This document shows positions 1 to 13,500 of a DNA stretch of 64,000 nt, one piece after another. The stretch covers positions 57,908,001 to 57,972,000 of the forward strand of contig NC_135884.1 in assembly GCF_964194155.1 (NCBI RefSeq), given 5' to 3'. Both the position numbers and the translations under genes were made by a program. The notes beneath the pieces are model-generated. The model searched no databases. It had not been told where the DNA came from and worked only from the letters and a program-made list of their open reading frames with translations. This stretch comes from Cetorhinus maximus (lineage: Eukaryota). The first letter of the stretch is position 1, and each line of letters begins with the position of its first letter.

Positions 1-1139
1 TAACTTTACCCACCAGACCACTGGAGCTTGTTACCCTCATGGCATTTTTTTTCCAACATAACTAATTTTTTTAATGAATTTTCATGCACAATTTTCATGG
101 CACCCAGCAGCTTTGAAAATGCCTCCATTTTGGATATCTTGTTCATGACCCAACATGAAGAGCAAAATGGATGCCTTGTTCAGCTAGCATCCCACAGAAG
201 TCATTAGTCACTGTCAACCTAGCCGGAGATAAGAACTGAACAAGAGACACTAGAGAATCTTCCAGTCATGAAATAAAGTTTCTACAGTTCACACGGTCCC
301 AAGCCACTCCAGAATCAAAGGTTGTTCACACTGGTGAGCAAACAATGGTCAGCGTATTTGTGCAGTGCGAGGGCTTTCTTTTTAACACACAGAATTTGGC
401 CCAGAAATTCACAACCGTAAAATCAGCAGTTGGCTGTTTGTCCTATACAATAAAGAAATAAACAAATGAGTTTGCTAAATAAGTAGAGAGGATTCCCAGG
501 GACAATAGCTGTTTGCCATCTGACAGGCAGCTCCTGTCAGCAGTAAAGCAGCCTCTATAAAAGATCATGGCTTCAGTCTGGGGAAAGTGCTAACTTGGCA
601 AGCCAATTTAATTTTTGTTCTAATGGCAGGCTAGTGATTGTCCTGACACTACAGTAAATCACACACAGATGACCCCAGAAATTGAACTTTCTAGACTAAA
701 AAGGCATGGAGCTAGCAAAATAAAAAAAAATTGAAAAATAAATACACTCAGCAGAATGTACATTTAAGGGTCGCAGCCCTTGTCATGAATGTTTTCAATA
801 ATGGTTTTGTGATAATGGACTTTCAAATCATTTGAGCTGGTTACCAAGACAGGGCTAAACAATGTCAGGCTTGCTAGGAACTGCATTAAATGACTGCTAG
901 TCTGTTCTGTTTCAGAGCATTGAGAGCGCTGTGGATAAGTGCTCTGAGCAGTAAGGTTCTGGATTTGGTCTCTGCTGATTTCACTCATTGTGCCCTCAGT
1001 GATCATGGGTTAGGGAGGGGACAGCTGAGCCAGGGTTAGTGCTCAGTGTTCACTTTTCAGTGTCCCCTGATGGTTAACCGTACATTTATGTTAGTTGAAG
1101 ACAGAATCAGACACAGTACACTGGAATGCCAGTGTGCTA

Positions 1140-1430
1140 TAGAAGCAGAGAATCACTAGCACAAAAGGAGGCCATTTGGAACATCCAATTAGTCCCACTA
1201 TTCTGCCCTTTCCCCATAGCCCTGCAAATTTTTCCTTTTCAAGCATTTATCCAAATCACTTTTTGAAGGGTATTATTGAATCTGTTTCCATCATCCTTTC
1301 AGGCAGTACCTTCTAGATCACATCAACTCGCTGCAAAATATGTTCTTCTCATCTGCTTCTTTTGTCAATTTTATCTTTATTCTGTGTCTTTTAGTTACTC
1401 ACTCATCTGCCAGTAGAAACAGTTTCTCCC
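1140..1430 (-). mobile_element. CR1-type LINE 3' fragment (decayed)
   Basis: Resembles the reverse complement of the CR1 3' ends elsewhere in the window (aaggaggccattt...cctttcaggcag); boundaries approximate. Confidence 0.6.
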
Positions 1431-1635
1431 AATTCACCTTCTTGAACTGCTACAGTCTATATGGTGTAGGTACACCCACAGTGCTGTTAGGAAGGGAGTT
1501 CCAGGATTTTGACCCAGTGACAGTGAAGGAATGGCGATATATTTCCATGTCAGGATGGTGTGTGACTTGGAGGTGTTCCCATGCATCTGCTGCCCTTCTC
1601 TTTCTAGGTGGCAGAGGCCGTGGGTTTGGAAGGGT
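1430..1635 (-). mobile_element. CR1-group LINE fragment, same family as 16105-16822
   Basis: Visible similarity to 16200-16410 (ggtgtaggtacacccacagtgctgttaggaagggagttccaggatttt...catgcatctgctgccctt). Confidence 0.7.
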
Positions 1636-2822
1636 TAGACCTCTGGCCTACCGACATTAGCATGTTCCCAAGAAATACCTAGACTTTTAAATCTACCGAT
1701 TAAGGCAAGCATATTAACAAGGTGGGGCAATTATAGATAAATACCTTGCAAAGCTTGTCATGTGGGAGTGCAGAAAAGTGGATAAAGTGATTATAAATCA
1801 TGTACGACTGGACTATCAGCAAAGTGTGTAAGTGAGGTTTAAGGGTTCCCAAGATCGTGTTGACCAAACTGCCGGATCCTTTTGGAGGAAACAAGGAGTC
1901 CAAAGATTCCGGCAGAGTCAATAGATAACAGGGCCAGCTGACTAATGGTTGAAGCTCCCAACTCTATGAAGTACAATCCGCCAGACATACTGCTCCTGCC
2001 AGTCTTAGAACCATGCACTACACTTGTACACCACTGTTCATTTTGCAAATATTTGCTGATCCAAAAGTGTTTGAGCAAAGGAAACATTCAAGTCCAGCAC
2101 CATGTGAAGCAGGTTATCCCAATCATTCCGGTAATAGTGGCATGATATATCTCTACTGTATCCCATAACATGCATTACTGGATGTGTTGGCCAAAGTCAC
2201 TTGCAAATTACAACTCACCAGTTCAATCTCAAGATTTATGCATGGCCTTGTCCTAACATTTGCTGAATATTTCTCAGTTAGAGTACAAAGACAGATTTAC
2301 AAAGAGCATTTTTCATGTGGTGGCACAGGCAATGACACGCTGCTTAGCTGCAGCACTGCAAATTCTTGCAAACTTATACAGGTAGTATACAGAGTCACGA
2401 ATAGCCAGATGGTTCAAATCTTAATTATTCAGGTGGTGTCCTAGGCATTGGCAAACTAAACAACTACCATTTAGGGTATATGTCATATGAGTTTACAACA
2501 TTAGATATTTTCTTAGGATCGCTATCATTGACCAATCTTTAAGTCAACCTTGTGTCTCTTATAATTTCAACTAGACTTTTTTCTGCATGATATCTAGGCA
2601 AATAATAGTAACTGTAATGGTGAACACAGAGTAAGGAAACCCCTTACACTGGACGCTGGCTACTTGAATGTAACACATGCTACCATGTCAATTCTTTTTT
2701 TTCTACAGGTAGCAGACTGGATATATAAGCTTACTGAATCAAGACACCAGCTTAAACTAATAAGTGGTTTTGTTTACACAAGAAATACAAACCAACAGTA
2801 AAAGGTTTAACATAGATACATA

Positions 2823-3534
2823 GGGCAGAATTTTCTGCCCGTCGGGCGGGCGGGCCCCACCCAATCTCCGGCGGGCGGGGAGCTGATCCCAGCCGGAGAA
2901 GCGGGCCCCGCCGCCATTTTAAGTGGGCAGGCCAATTAAGGCCCGCCCAGCATGACGTCCGCCGGGAAACGCTATGTGCTTCCTGTGCGGACGGTGTGGG
3001 GGGGGGATTCTCCAAAAGCGAGAGTGCGCTCTTTCGCGATTGCGCATGAAAGAATGCACATCTCCCTGAGGCTAAGTGCTGCCTCAGGGAGATCGCTGAC
3101 ATCTGCATAAACTTTAAAAATCGAAAAATAAAAAAATCCTTAACATGTCCCCCTCGTGTGACAATGTCACACAAGATGGGACATGTTCATAAATTTCACT
3201 CAAACTTTAATAAACTTTTTAAAACCCTACATGAAACCTCATCCTGCCGGTGGATGAGGTTTCATGTTTTTTCTATTGCCCGCCGGGGCTCCTGGCCTGC
3301 CCGCCAACCTTAAGGTTGGATGGGCAGGTCCTTTAAGTGTTTTATTTATCCTGTCAATGGCCTCAATTGGCCATTGACAGGTTGGCGGGCCCACAGCTGA
3401 TTTTGCTGTGCCCCCTTCCTGAAGATTTAAATGGGGCGGGGTGACTTCGGGGGTTCCGCCCGACATCATCTCGCGTTAGTTTCATGTCGGCGAGCGGGCC
3501 CCGCCCCCTGCTCGCCGACGGAAAAATTCAGCCC
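2823..3534. mobile_element. Non-autonomous PIF/Harbinger-like DNA transposon (MITE)
   Basis: TIRs gggcagaattttctgcccgtcg / cgacggaaaaattcagccc; 3-bp TSD ATA (2820-2822, 3535-3537); GC-rich with no transposase; interrupts the ACATAGA tail of the adjacent CR1. Confidence 0.85.
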
Positions 3535-5570
3535 ATAGAAACTAGGAGCAGGAAAAGGCCATTCGGCTCTTTGAGCCTGCTCCGCCATTCAATATGATCA
3601 TGGCTGATCCTCTATCTCAACACCATATTCCCGCTTCCTCTCCATACCGCTTAATGTCCCTAATATCCAAAAAAATTATCAATTTCTTTCTTGAATATAC
3701 TCAGTGACCCGGCCTCCACAGCTTTCTGAGGTAGAGAATTCCATTCCATAGGTTGACCAGCCTCTGAATGAAAAATTTTTTCCTCATCTCAGTCCTAAAT
3801 GGCCTGACCCTTATCCTGAGACTGTAGCCCCTGGTTCTAGACTCCCCAACCAGGGGAAACATCCTCCCTGCATCTAGTCTGCCTAGCCCTGTTAGAATTT
3901 CATACATTTCAATCAGATGTCCTTTCATTCTTCTAAACTCTAGTAAATACAGGCCCAGTCAAACCAATCTCTCCTCATACAACAGTCCTGTCATCCCCAG
4001 TATCAGCCTAGTGAACCTTTACTGCACTCCCTCTATGGCAAGTATATCCTTTCTTAGGTTAGGGAGATCAAAACGGCATGCAATACTCCAGTTGTGGTCT
4101 CACCAAGGCCCTGTATAACTGCAGTAAGACATCCCTGCTTCTGATGTCAAATCCTCTTGCAATGAAGGCCAACGTACCATTTGTCTTCCTAATTGCTTGC
4201 TGCACCTGCCTTTTACTTTCATTGTACACCCACATTTCCCAATATATCACCATTTAAATAATACTCTGCCTTTCTGTTTTTCCCACTGAAGCATATAACT
4301 TCACATTTATCCACATTATACTGCATCTGCCATGTGTTTGCCCACACATACAACTTTTCTAAATCGCCCTGAAGCCTTCTTGCATCCTTCTCACAACTAA
4401 CAACCCCAGCCAGTTTTGTGTCATCAGCAAACTTGAAAATATTGCATTTGGCTTCCTCATCCAAGTCATCTATATATATCATGAATAGCTGGGGCCCAAG
4501 CACTGATCCCTGCGGTACACCACTAGTCACCGCCTGCCATCTGGAGAAAGACCCATTTATTCCCTCTCTCTGTTTCTGGTCAGTCAACCAATTATCAATC
4601 CATGCCAGTATATTACCCCTGATCCCATGTGCTTTAATTTTGCCTACTAGCCTCTTATGTGAGACCTTATCAAAAGCCTTTTTGAAATCCAAATACACCA
4701 CATCCACTGGTTCTCCCTTATCTATTCTACTAGTTACACCCTCAAAAAACTCCAGTAGATTAGTTAAGCATGATTTCCTGTTCATAAACCCATGCCGACT
4801 TTGTCTAATCCCATTAATGCTTTCCAAGTGTTCTGTTACCACATCTTTTATAATAGGCTCTAGCATTTTCCCCACTACTAATGTTAGGCTAACTGGTCTG
4901 TAATTCCCTGTTTTTTCTCTCCCTCCTTTTTTAAATAGTGGAGTTACATTTGCCACCCTCCGGTCTGTAGGACCTGCTCCAGAGCCTTTAGAATTTGATA
5001 GATGACCGCCAATGCATCCAATATTTCCAAGGCCACATCCTTTAGTACTCTGGGATGTAGATTATCAGGCCCTAGGGATTTTTCAGCCTTTAACCCCTTC
5101 AATTTCTCTAGTGCCATTTCTTTACTAATACTGATTTTCTTCAATTCCTCCCTCTTACTAGACCCTTGGTTCCCTAATATTTCTGGGAAATTATTTATGT
5201 CCTCTTTTGTGAAGACAGAACCAAACTATGTGTTCAATTCTTCTGCCATTTCTTTGCTCTGCAATATAATTTCCCCTGTTTCTGATTGTAAGGGGCCTAC
5301 ATTTGTCTTTGCTAATCCTTTTCTCTTCATATATTTATAGAAGCTTTTACAGTCAGTTTTTATGTTCCCTTCAAGTTTACTCTCATACTCCATTTTACCC
5401 TTCTTCATCAATCTTTTTGTCCACTTTTGTTGAATTCTAAACTGCTCCCAATCCTCAGGCTTGCTGCTTTTTCTGGAAATTTTATATGTCTCCTCTTTGG
5501 ATTCAATACTATCCCTGATTTCTTTCGTAAGCCATCATTGAGCCATGCTTCCTGTTTTATTTTTGCGCCA
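3535..5570 (-). mobile_element. CR1 LINE, 5'-truncated, ORF2 reverse transcriptase remnant
   Basis: ORF 4219-4956 has RT motifs NYRPVSLT, VYLDFKKAFDKV, SGVPQGSVLGP, FADDTKL; flanking ORF2 fragments at 3701-4253 and 4944-5411; frameshifted. Confidence 0.95.
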
Positions 5571-6945
5571 GGAAAGGTGGCTCAACCATGGATTAGAAAG
5601 AAATTAGGGATAAATTCTTTTGACACAGCAATATATATTTCTCTACACTCCTTGTTATACTTAGTTACATGAAACAACAAAGATGTAACACACTTGGGGC
5701 CGGATTTTTACGGAGTTGGGAAGACTCCATGGAACTTTAAAAATGGTGGACAGGGCCCAGTTGCGGAAGTCCTGCGCCAATTTCTGTCAAACCCTATTTT
5801 TACCAGTGTGGGAAAGGGGGCGTGAATCACATGCAAGGGAAACCCAATCTCAGCAGGGACATTTGAACTTAGTGCTGAGTTCAAACAGACCCCATTTTGA
5901 CTGCTGCAAGAGCTTTAACCCACCGTGTGGAGTCACAAATTTATGGCGTAGAATTTATGGAGTTTGTAAATGCTCTTGAAAGGTGGTAAGGCCTGTTTAA
6001 CTGTCATGATCTGAAGTTTTCTAAATTCCCCACTCTTTAAGCTGTACAAAAAACTGGCTGCTGCTGCTGTCAGTGACTGTTCAAAAAAACTCAACTGCTT
6101 TGATTGACAGGCCAGCAGGTGTCACATCTATTTGAGCAGTTTCAATAGAGTTCTTTGCCAACATTTTCCTAAAGGCTATTTGTTATGAATGTTTGGCTGA
6201 GTTTCAAAAGCTACAATTATCTCAGCAATGGGTTCTGAGTTCACAGTGTGATTGACATCTTAAAGAGATTATTAAAGGATTAAGGGTATTGTTACAAGGC
6301 TATGTACCTTTATTTTTGAAAATATGGTTTTTCAACTTTCAACTGACTGGAACTTTTGCAATTTGAACTGAGGCAGAGCAAACTGCTTAAAAGTGCAAGG
6401 CCACATTCTAAGGTGAAGTTGAGAAACCAACATATCACAGTCAGGGGAGTGTAAAGAGAGAGACATTTCCTTTATTCCAGACACCCATCAAAACTTGTAA
6501 CTGTCTAAGGAAGAGACATTAAAAATGCAAAGGCTGGGTATTGAAACAATGGTTGCCACAAATGGACTCATGCAGAATCTCTTGGAAATACACATTGGGT
6601 GAAGTATTTCAAGGCAAGGCTTCCAGACACTTGAGAGAGATTTCAAGTGACACAAGCAATGACAAGAATATCTTTAGCAGAGGAAACAAGCTGAGGGCTC
6701 TCTCTCTCTTTTGGAAGAAGCATGTTACCTGGTTCAAGAAGCCACCTCTACCAGAATCCTACCAGTGAACTGAAATGTCATAATAATTGCAACATTTTCT
6801 TCATCTGACCGCATCCAAGAAACCAGCTAACACAAAATGGCTGCAGTAATTCAAAATATACGCCTCAAGCACGATCAAAGGACACTTAACCATATATCAT
6901 TTTACCTTTTTTTATAAGACTCCCACTCTCCTTATTTCTGATACC

Positions 6946-6946
6946 T

Positions 6947-6979
<33 letters not shown>
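6946..6979 (+). repeat. (TG)n(AG)n microsatellite
   Basis: Read directly from sequence. Confidence 0.95.
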
Positions 6980-7139
6980 TTTGTACCGGGATGACTGCAT
7001 GAAGGCTGAATGCTTGATGTTGCATTTTTATTACTTTGATTGGGTTTAGGGGTCAATAAATTTGCTCTTTCTTTGACTCAGGAAAACCTTATTTGATTGG
7101 TTCCTTATTGCTCACAGCTTATATAGTAAAATACACTCT

Positions 7140-7762
7140 GGGCGAGGGGGGGGGAGGATTGTGAGATAACGGGCGGGGGTGCACAGCCATTTTATGTGGG
7201 CTGGCTAATTAAGGCCTGGAAATGCTATACGCTCCCTGTGTGGGCGGGGGAATTCCCTGAGCCGAGAGTGCGCTCTTTTGCGCATTCACGCGAAAGAGCA
7301 CAAAATTCTCCCTGAGGCAAAGTGCTGCCTCAGGGAGATCGGCTCAGGTGTCAAACATTGAATAAGGATGATTAAAAAAATTATTGACATGTCCCCTAAT
7401 GTGACACTGTCACTTGAGCTAGGATATGTCAATTTCTTTTGTTTAAACATTTCATACAAATTTTAATACCCCCATGAAACCTCATTCTGCCTGTGGGTGA
7501 GGTTTCATGTTTTCTCTAAAGGCCGCCTGGGCTCTTCACCTGCCTGCCAACCTTAAGGTTGGACAGGCAGGTCCATTAATCAGTTTAATTACTTATTTAA
7601 CGGCCTTTATAGGCCTTTTGACAGTTCGGCGAACTGTTCGACAAACTGGCGATCTAAATGACGCGGGCTGACGTCAGGACACATGCCTGACATTACCCCG
7701 CATCATTTTACGCGTCGGCAGGTGAGCCCCGCCCGCTGCACACCAACCGGAAGGTGCAGCCC
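7140..7762. mobile_element. Second copy of the Harbinger-like MITE family at 2823-3534
   Basis: Shared internal motifs (ctccctgaggcaaagtgctgcctcagggagatc, catgaaacctcat, ccaaccttaaggttgga); gggc...gccc ends; 3-bp TSD TCT (7137-7139, 7763-7765). Confidence 0.85.
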
Positions 7763-8166
7763 TCTGATTTGGAAAAGACATATCCTTGTAAAAAAGAAAC
7801 TTAAACCTTTGTTGTGATCAACCAAGGAGGATAAATAGAGAGGAGCCAGTGAACCCCTTTTCACCTGGTTGTAACTGTGTGAACAGAAGTTTTTTTGTTT
7901 TCATGACAGATTAACCGCTTGAGGAGATTTAAAAGCTTTAATGCTTTCATGAATGGGAGTTTTTTTTCTCATTATCAAGCCTGTATAGTGAGAGCTGTGT
8001 TAGATTTTTAGATTATATTAATCCATTTTCACATGGCTCCTGATATCTGCCCATGTTGAATACTGAATGGCTGGCTATGGAGTTGGCATGGAGGGTATGA
8101 AGGGTCATGGAGGTAGGTGGGGGTGGGGGAGGGGGTGATGATGGGTGTGAGGTGCTAAAAGGCCTA

Positions 8167-9203
8167 TGTTACGACCCGCAGCCAATGTTATTTGCTGAGC
8201 AAGCCATATCACAGAGGGCAACTTGTCTTACTGATCATATCCTTTTTTTTGTATTTTGAAAACAAGGGGAAAACTACTAATCCCAGAAGCATAGAATCCA
8301 AGTAACACTTATAGGATTTTAAAAGTAAAAGATTTATTAACAAGAAGAAAAAAATCTTAAGCACACAAGATTAAAAGTATGTAGTTAACAAAGTCTTACA
8401 ATACATCCCCCCAAACAATGCACTTGGTCAGAACGCACAAGTAAGCTACTTGGCAACAGTTCCCTTATAGGTTTTAACAATAAAAATCCAGTAATATTAC
8501 CCAAGGCAAAAAACTGCTGTCACTTTAATGGAGGTATATCACATGACTTCTCACTGTCTTCCACTCTGCTGTGGAAATCCAAGAAAGTTCAGAAACAGAG
8601 TGATTTCTGAAAACAAAGACTTCTCTGGCTTAAAACTGGATGGCTGCTTCAAATTCACAACTTTTCTCAGCACAGAGCTGGTCTTAAGACATCTCCCCAC
8701 ACAAGCAACTCAATTCGACTAAATATTTACCTTGAATATCTTTTTTCCCCTTTCATCCTAGATGCCATTGTCCTTAGCACCTCTTTGAACTCAACTTTTC
8801 CAAAATGTAAAAATCTTTCATGTCTTCCCATTGCCTCCATTTTTGGGTCAAATAAAAATTAATAACCTTCCTTTATTTACTTATGAAACCTTTGTAAGTT
8901 GTAAAAATCCCTTAAACTCCCTTTGAAATTTTGCAGCTGAAAAGTCAAGTCCTTACCTATCACCTAATGCAAATTTCAAAACCCAATTTATTTACTTGTA
9001 ATTCCAATTTCACCATAGCCTCTCATTACAAATGCATGCCTTTTACACTTCATCTTTCAGTTCCCACAGACAAGCTGGCTTTACTAACCTTCCCCCAGTT
9101 TAATTACCCATGGACACACACAGCCTTCTTTTTAGAATACCACCATATTCCCAAAAATATTAAAATAATAACATCTGTCTTCACACCTAAAACCTTCAAA
9201 ACA
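8167..9203 (-). mobile_element. Solo-LTR-like element
   Basis: Starts tgttacga, contains tttatt (minus-strand poly(A) signal), ends near ...aaca; right boundary uncertain. Confidence 0.4.
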
Positions 9204-10519
9204 ACTGGGACAAGGTCACAAAGAACTGAGCTGGGCTTTCTAAAAACCCGCCTTGGAACATGCCCACCCCTGTGCCCACCGACACTCTGCTTTTGGGATC
9301 GGTGGGCCCAACTCCATCCTGCACCCACCCCCAGGAGCGAAAATCTCAATGATTCAGGATACTTTTTACCAAGATGTGTCTGGTGAGTCAGGAAATTTCC
9401 TGTCTTGAGCTACTCACCTTGTTCCCAAAATTCAGCCTTTGCTCTCCTAACTTGCATCTTTATATAGAAATACACTTATTGTAAACTCACATGAGATTGC
9501 TTCTCTAGGCAGGACAGCACTAATTTAAAATTAAACAGTTTTGCAGTGCTACTGTGTAAGCTGTCCTAGTACTGACTGCTCTTTTTCTCTCTGTTTAACT
9601 GTGGGCTCTTAGTGTAAATCTGTGAGATGAAGTCTCCTCTCACTAACTTGTCAATCAATGAAGGCTCCATCCATCAGGACGCACGCCTGATGTCATCACG
9701 TGTCATGTTACATCTGTGCATGTCGAGCATGTGCCCGCATGCTGAACATGAAATCCAGGCCCAGGTTACAGCTCACCCTTTTAACTATGCCTATAGAAGC
9801 ACACTATATACCTTTCACAATGTAAGTAAATTGAATAGCCCTTCCTCAGCATTGAAGTAAGATAAACCTTGCTAATGACTTAAGATGTTCTGCAATGAAT
9901 ACAACAAATTCAGTCAAACGAATATCTGCAACTATCATGCTCAACTTAGCAATTTATATTTATGAAGGACACTGCAGCTAGATTTTCTGGCTCTGTCCAT
10001 GTTTTCTCATCATGATATTATTTTAACTGTTTCAATACTGTTTTTAATAGTAACAAAATACAAGTTAAAGATTTCAACTTATATCACGCTGCACATTGAT
10101 GCACACCTTGGTGCCTCCCCAAAGAAATGCTCCTTTTTACAATCTAGTTGAAGAAGGACAAGTCAACTGAGATGCTTCAACATCATTAAAAAAGACCCAA
10201 AGTCTGGTTCTCCCATATTCTTCTGGCAACAAAGCTGGAGCAAACTGGGGACAATAAGCTAAATGTTGATACAGCTGCCCAAATCAAATCAGAGAGACAG
10301 ATTAGCATGACATTGGATAGCATAAATTGCAGATTTAAATGATGCAACTTCTCCAAAATGGAAATTAAATCAGACTAACATCAGTTAGAGCTCCACCCTG
10401 AGTGAAAGTACATTACTACATTCACTGTCCATGTTGAACCCTGGGACTACAGACGGCCTACATGTTAAAGATGTTCCTATAATCTTCAAGAATGTAATCA
10501 GATAAACAATATCTGAAAA

Positions 10520-13500
10520 GATACAAGCACCAGGTTTGTAAACTTAATAAGTAAATAACTGTTTATTGAACAAATTGTCGTTAACCAGCGGCAAAAGAAA
10601 GAAATATGAACTGCTAATTTCTAACTCTATAACCTAATTTCTACCCCTTCTTAAATCTCTATACAAGACACATAAGACACACAGAAACATGGATTTTAAG
10701 GATGGGATAAAACAGTTCAATAGCACCAATTGTCCTTATGAAGTCTTGGCCAGGTAAAATGCCTGTTTATCAATGTTTGGGTTTTCCGTATTCCTACATG
10801 TCCTGCCATAGGAATTTCATGTGCTACTCACAATATCTCCTTATGATATTTGGGCGGTACCATTATGTGATGAACAACCATCTATTTCTCATTCGTAGGC
10901 CTGTGAGGTGTATCCACTTCCTCATCAGAACTCCGTTTTTAACGTAATAGGACTCTGGAACTCTTTCTACCTCAACTTCAGTGTGAGCTGACTGTGCTAA
11001 CTTGTTAACTCTGGATCTGCTTTCTGGGCCTCGATTAATGAAGACCTGTCAAACACTTCTTTGAGTTATCCTCATCCTTAAAGAAAGTTTTGGCTACTCC
11101 AACATCTGCTCGTGGTATTACTTTGACCTCTGGTGATGGACTTTGTTTAGCCATTGCGCTGGTCACCACACATGATGGAAAAACATTAGGAACTTGATCT
11201 TGTAACTGCTCCGTCCCTTTAGCCTTCCTCGGACTTTCCGTAATTATGAGCAAAGTTATAACCTTCACTCCTGCCAAATCATTCCCCAGGAGTAAATCAA
11301 CTCCATCCACAGGTAATTTCTTAACCACTCCTACAACCATGATCCAGACAACAAATCACACTTCAATTGCATATTGTACAATGGAACTCTCCACTTATCC
11401 CATTTACCAATATTTTAGCTTTCATTGAACTCTCTAGAGGGAAAACTAGATCCTTCTCCAGCAAAAGAATTTGAGTAGCTTCTGTGTCTCTTAATATAGT
11501 TATGGGTTTAGCTGCATCATTTGATGAAAAATGGGTTATCTTCCCTTTAGACAAAAACCCTTTATATCTCTCATCTATCTTATTCACTTCACCTGCATTC
11601 ACAGCAGTGTTTACCTCAGGCCCTTATTTGTAGTTAAAGCTACAATTTGATCTGTGGCATTTTCTTTTTGAGTTCCCTTTTCGGACTCATTCTTATGAAC
11701 TCCAATAAGTCCCATGAGCTTCCCTCGCAACTTCCAGCATTCTGAACGAATGTGTCCCACTTTATTACAATGGAAACACTTAGGCCTTCGAGTTTCACCT
11801 CCACCCTCAGTACCTTCCTTCCTGATCTGGGGAGGAGATCTCAACATATTCCCAGCTATCCACTCTTTACTCTGGCTATTTGTCTTCCTTTCACTCTCCC
11901 ACTTTCATTCTTTTTTCAAATTTCTGGGAGTGATGGAAAAAGGTTTAGCTTTATGGACCAGTTCATAATCATCAGCCATTATTGCTGTCTGTCTAGCAGC
12001 TGCAACCCTTTGGTCTTCAACATGGGTTCTTATTACAGAAGGTAGGGAGTTTTTAAATTCTTCCAAGAGAATGGTCTCTCTGAGAGCTTCATAGGTAGTT
12101 TCCACTCTTAATGCTCGTATCCACCTATCAAAACTACCTTGTTTAAACCTTTCAAGTTCAATGTAAGTTTGCCCAGGCTGTTTCCTTAAATTTCAAAACT
12201 TTTGTCTATATGCTTCAGGGACCAACTCATAAGCACTCAAAATAGCCTTTTTCACCACATCATAATCCCTAGAAACTTCCTCTGACAGTGAAGCATAAAT
12301 TCCTTTGGACAGTTAATCTGTTTAGCTATCTTCTCAAATGAAATAAAGAATGATTCAACGTGCCTTCCCTCAAATTTGGAAAGAGCTTGTACAAATTTAA
12401 ACATCTCACCATTGGGTTCTGATCTGGAAATAAGTCCTGCCTCACCTACTGATGTGTCTTTTTTAACAGTCAGCATTTAAGCTGGAGTTGTCTCTCTTTT
12501 TCTCTTTCCTCCTTTTCTAACTTCACCATGTCTAACTCCCTTTGAAATGTCCTTTCTTTTTCCTTTTCTGCCTGCTTCCTTTGGAATGCCCTTTCTGCCT
12601 ATTCCCTTTGGAATGCTCTCTCTCTTTCCTTTTCTGCCTGTTCCCTTTGGAATGCCCTTTCTCTTTCCTTTTCTGCTATCTCTAGTTCCAATTTTTTTAT
12701 TTGCAGCCGAATTTGAGCCCATTCCAAGGAACCACCCATTGGAGAACTCAATCTCTCGGGTATTCTTTCCAATTTCAAATGCTGTGCCATCTCTTCGATT
12801 GTCTCTGCCTTCTTAGCTTTGGCAGGCAATCCTACCCTCAATTTACTTGCCAATTTGATTAATCTGGTTTTTGGGACCCCTTATAAAATCATCAGGGACA
12901 TTTCTTCCACTTGCAGGAAAGCTTTAGCAGTTTCCAGTGCCATCTTATTTTTAACAGTACAAACCTGGTGTTTCCTTTTAGCATTTATTACTTCCTAAAC
13001 CTACACCCAAATCGTTGTCTTTTGTTCAAAAATATCCTGCACCTGAGACCCCAAACCTTGTCACGACTCACTGGGGTTAGCCAGCTGTAATATCAAGTCC
13101 CGCTGTTCTCCGAGCTGCAACAAATGTAAAAAGGTTTGACCAAACCACCAGGTTGCCCCAATTCTACCTGTTTAATTTAGATTAACAGAATACGAGCACC
13201 AGGTTTGTAAACTTATTAAGTAAATAACTGTTTATTGAACAAATTGTTTTTAAATATGGCAAAAGAAAGAAATATGAACTGCTAATTTCTAACACTATAA
13301 CTTAAACTCTACCCCCGTTCTTAGATCCCTATGCTCACACGCACACAAGACACATAAGACACACAAAACATTAAGGCTGGGAAGAAACAGTTCAATAGCA
13401 CCAATTCCAGAGTACAGGATTCGATGAGTTGGTTTTGATCGATGTCTTCCAAATTCCTTGCAGTTCTCGTTGATGACACGAGGTGGTCTTCCAGCACTTT

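Larger units (their letters stand above)
6290..7875 (+). mobile_element. Solo-LTR-like element (interrupted by a MITE)
   Basis: tgttac...gtaac termini, internal (TG)n and AATAAA at ~7055; 3' part resembles 17680-17884; no clean TSD. Confidence 0.5.
5697..9438. mobile_element. Probable Harbinger-like non-autonomous element carrying nested insertions
   Basis: Ends gggccggattttt / aaaattcagcc resemble the GGGCNGAATTTT TIR family; interrupted by two LTR-like blocks and a MITE. Confidence 0.45.

Noticed and set aside
1660-2750. Possible old LINE or coding remnant
   Set aside because: No motif I could verify.
2823-3534. CpG-island promoter and 140-aa ORF
   Set aside because: GC-rich sequence is bounded by TIRs and a TSD and is repeated at 7140-7762.
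4418-5340. Plus-strand ORFs of 161 and 112 aa
   Set aside because: Antisense shadows of CR1 ORF2.
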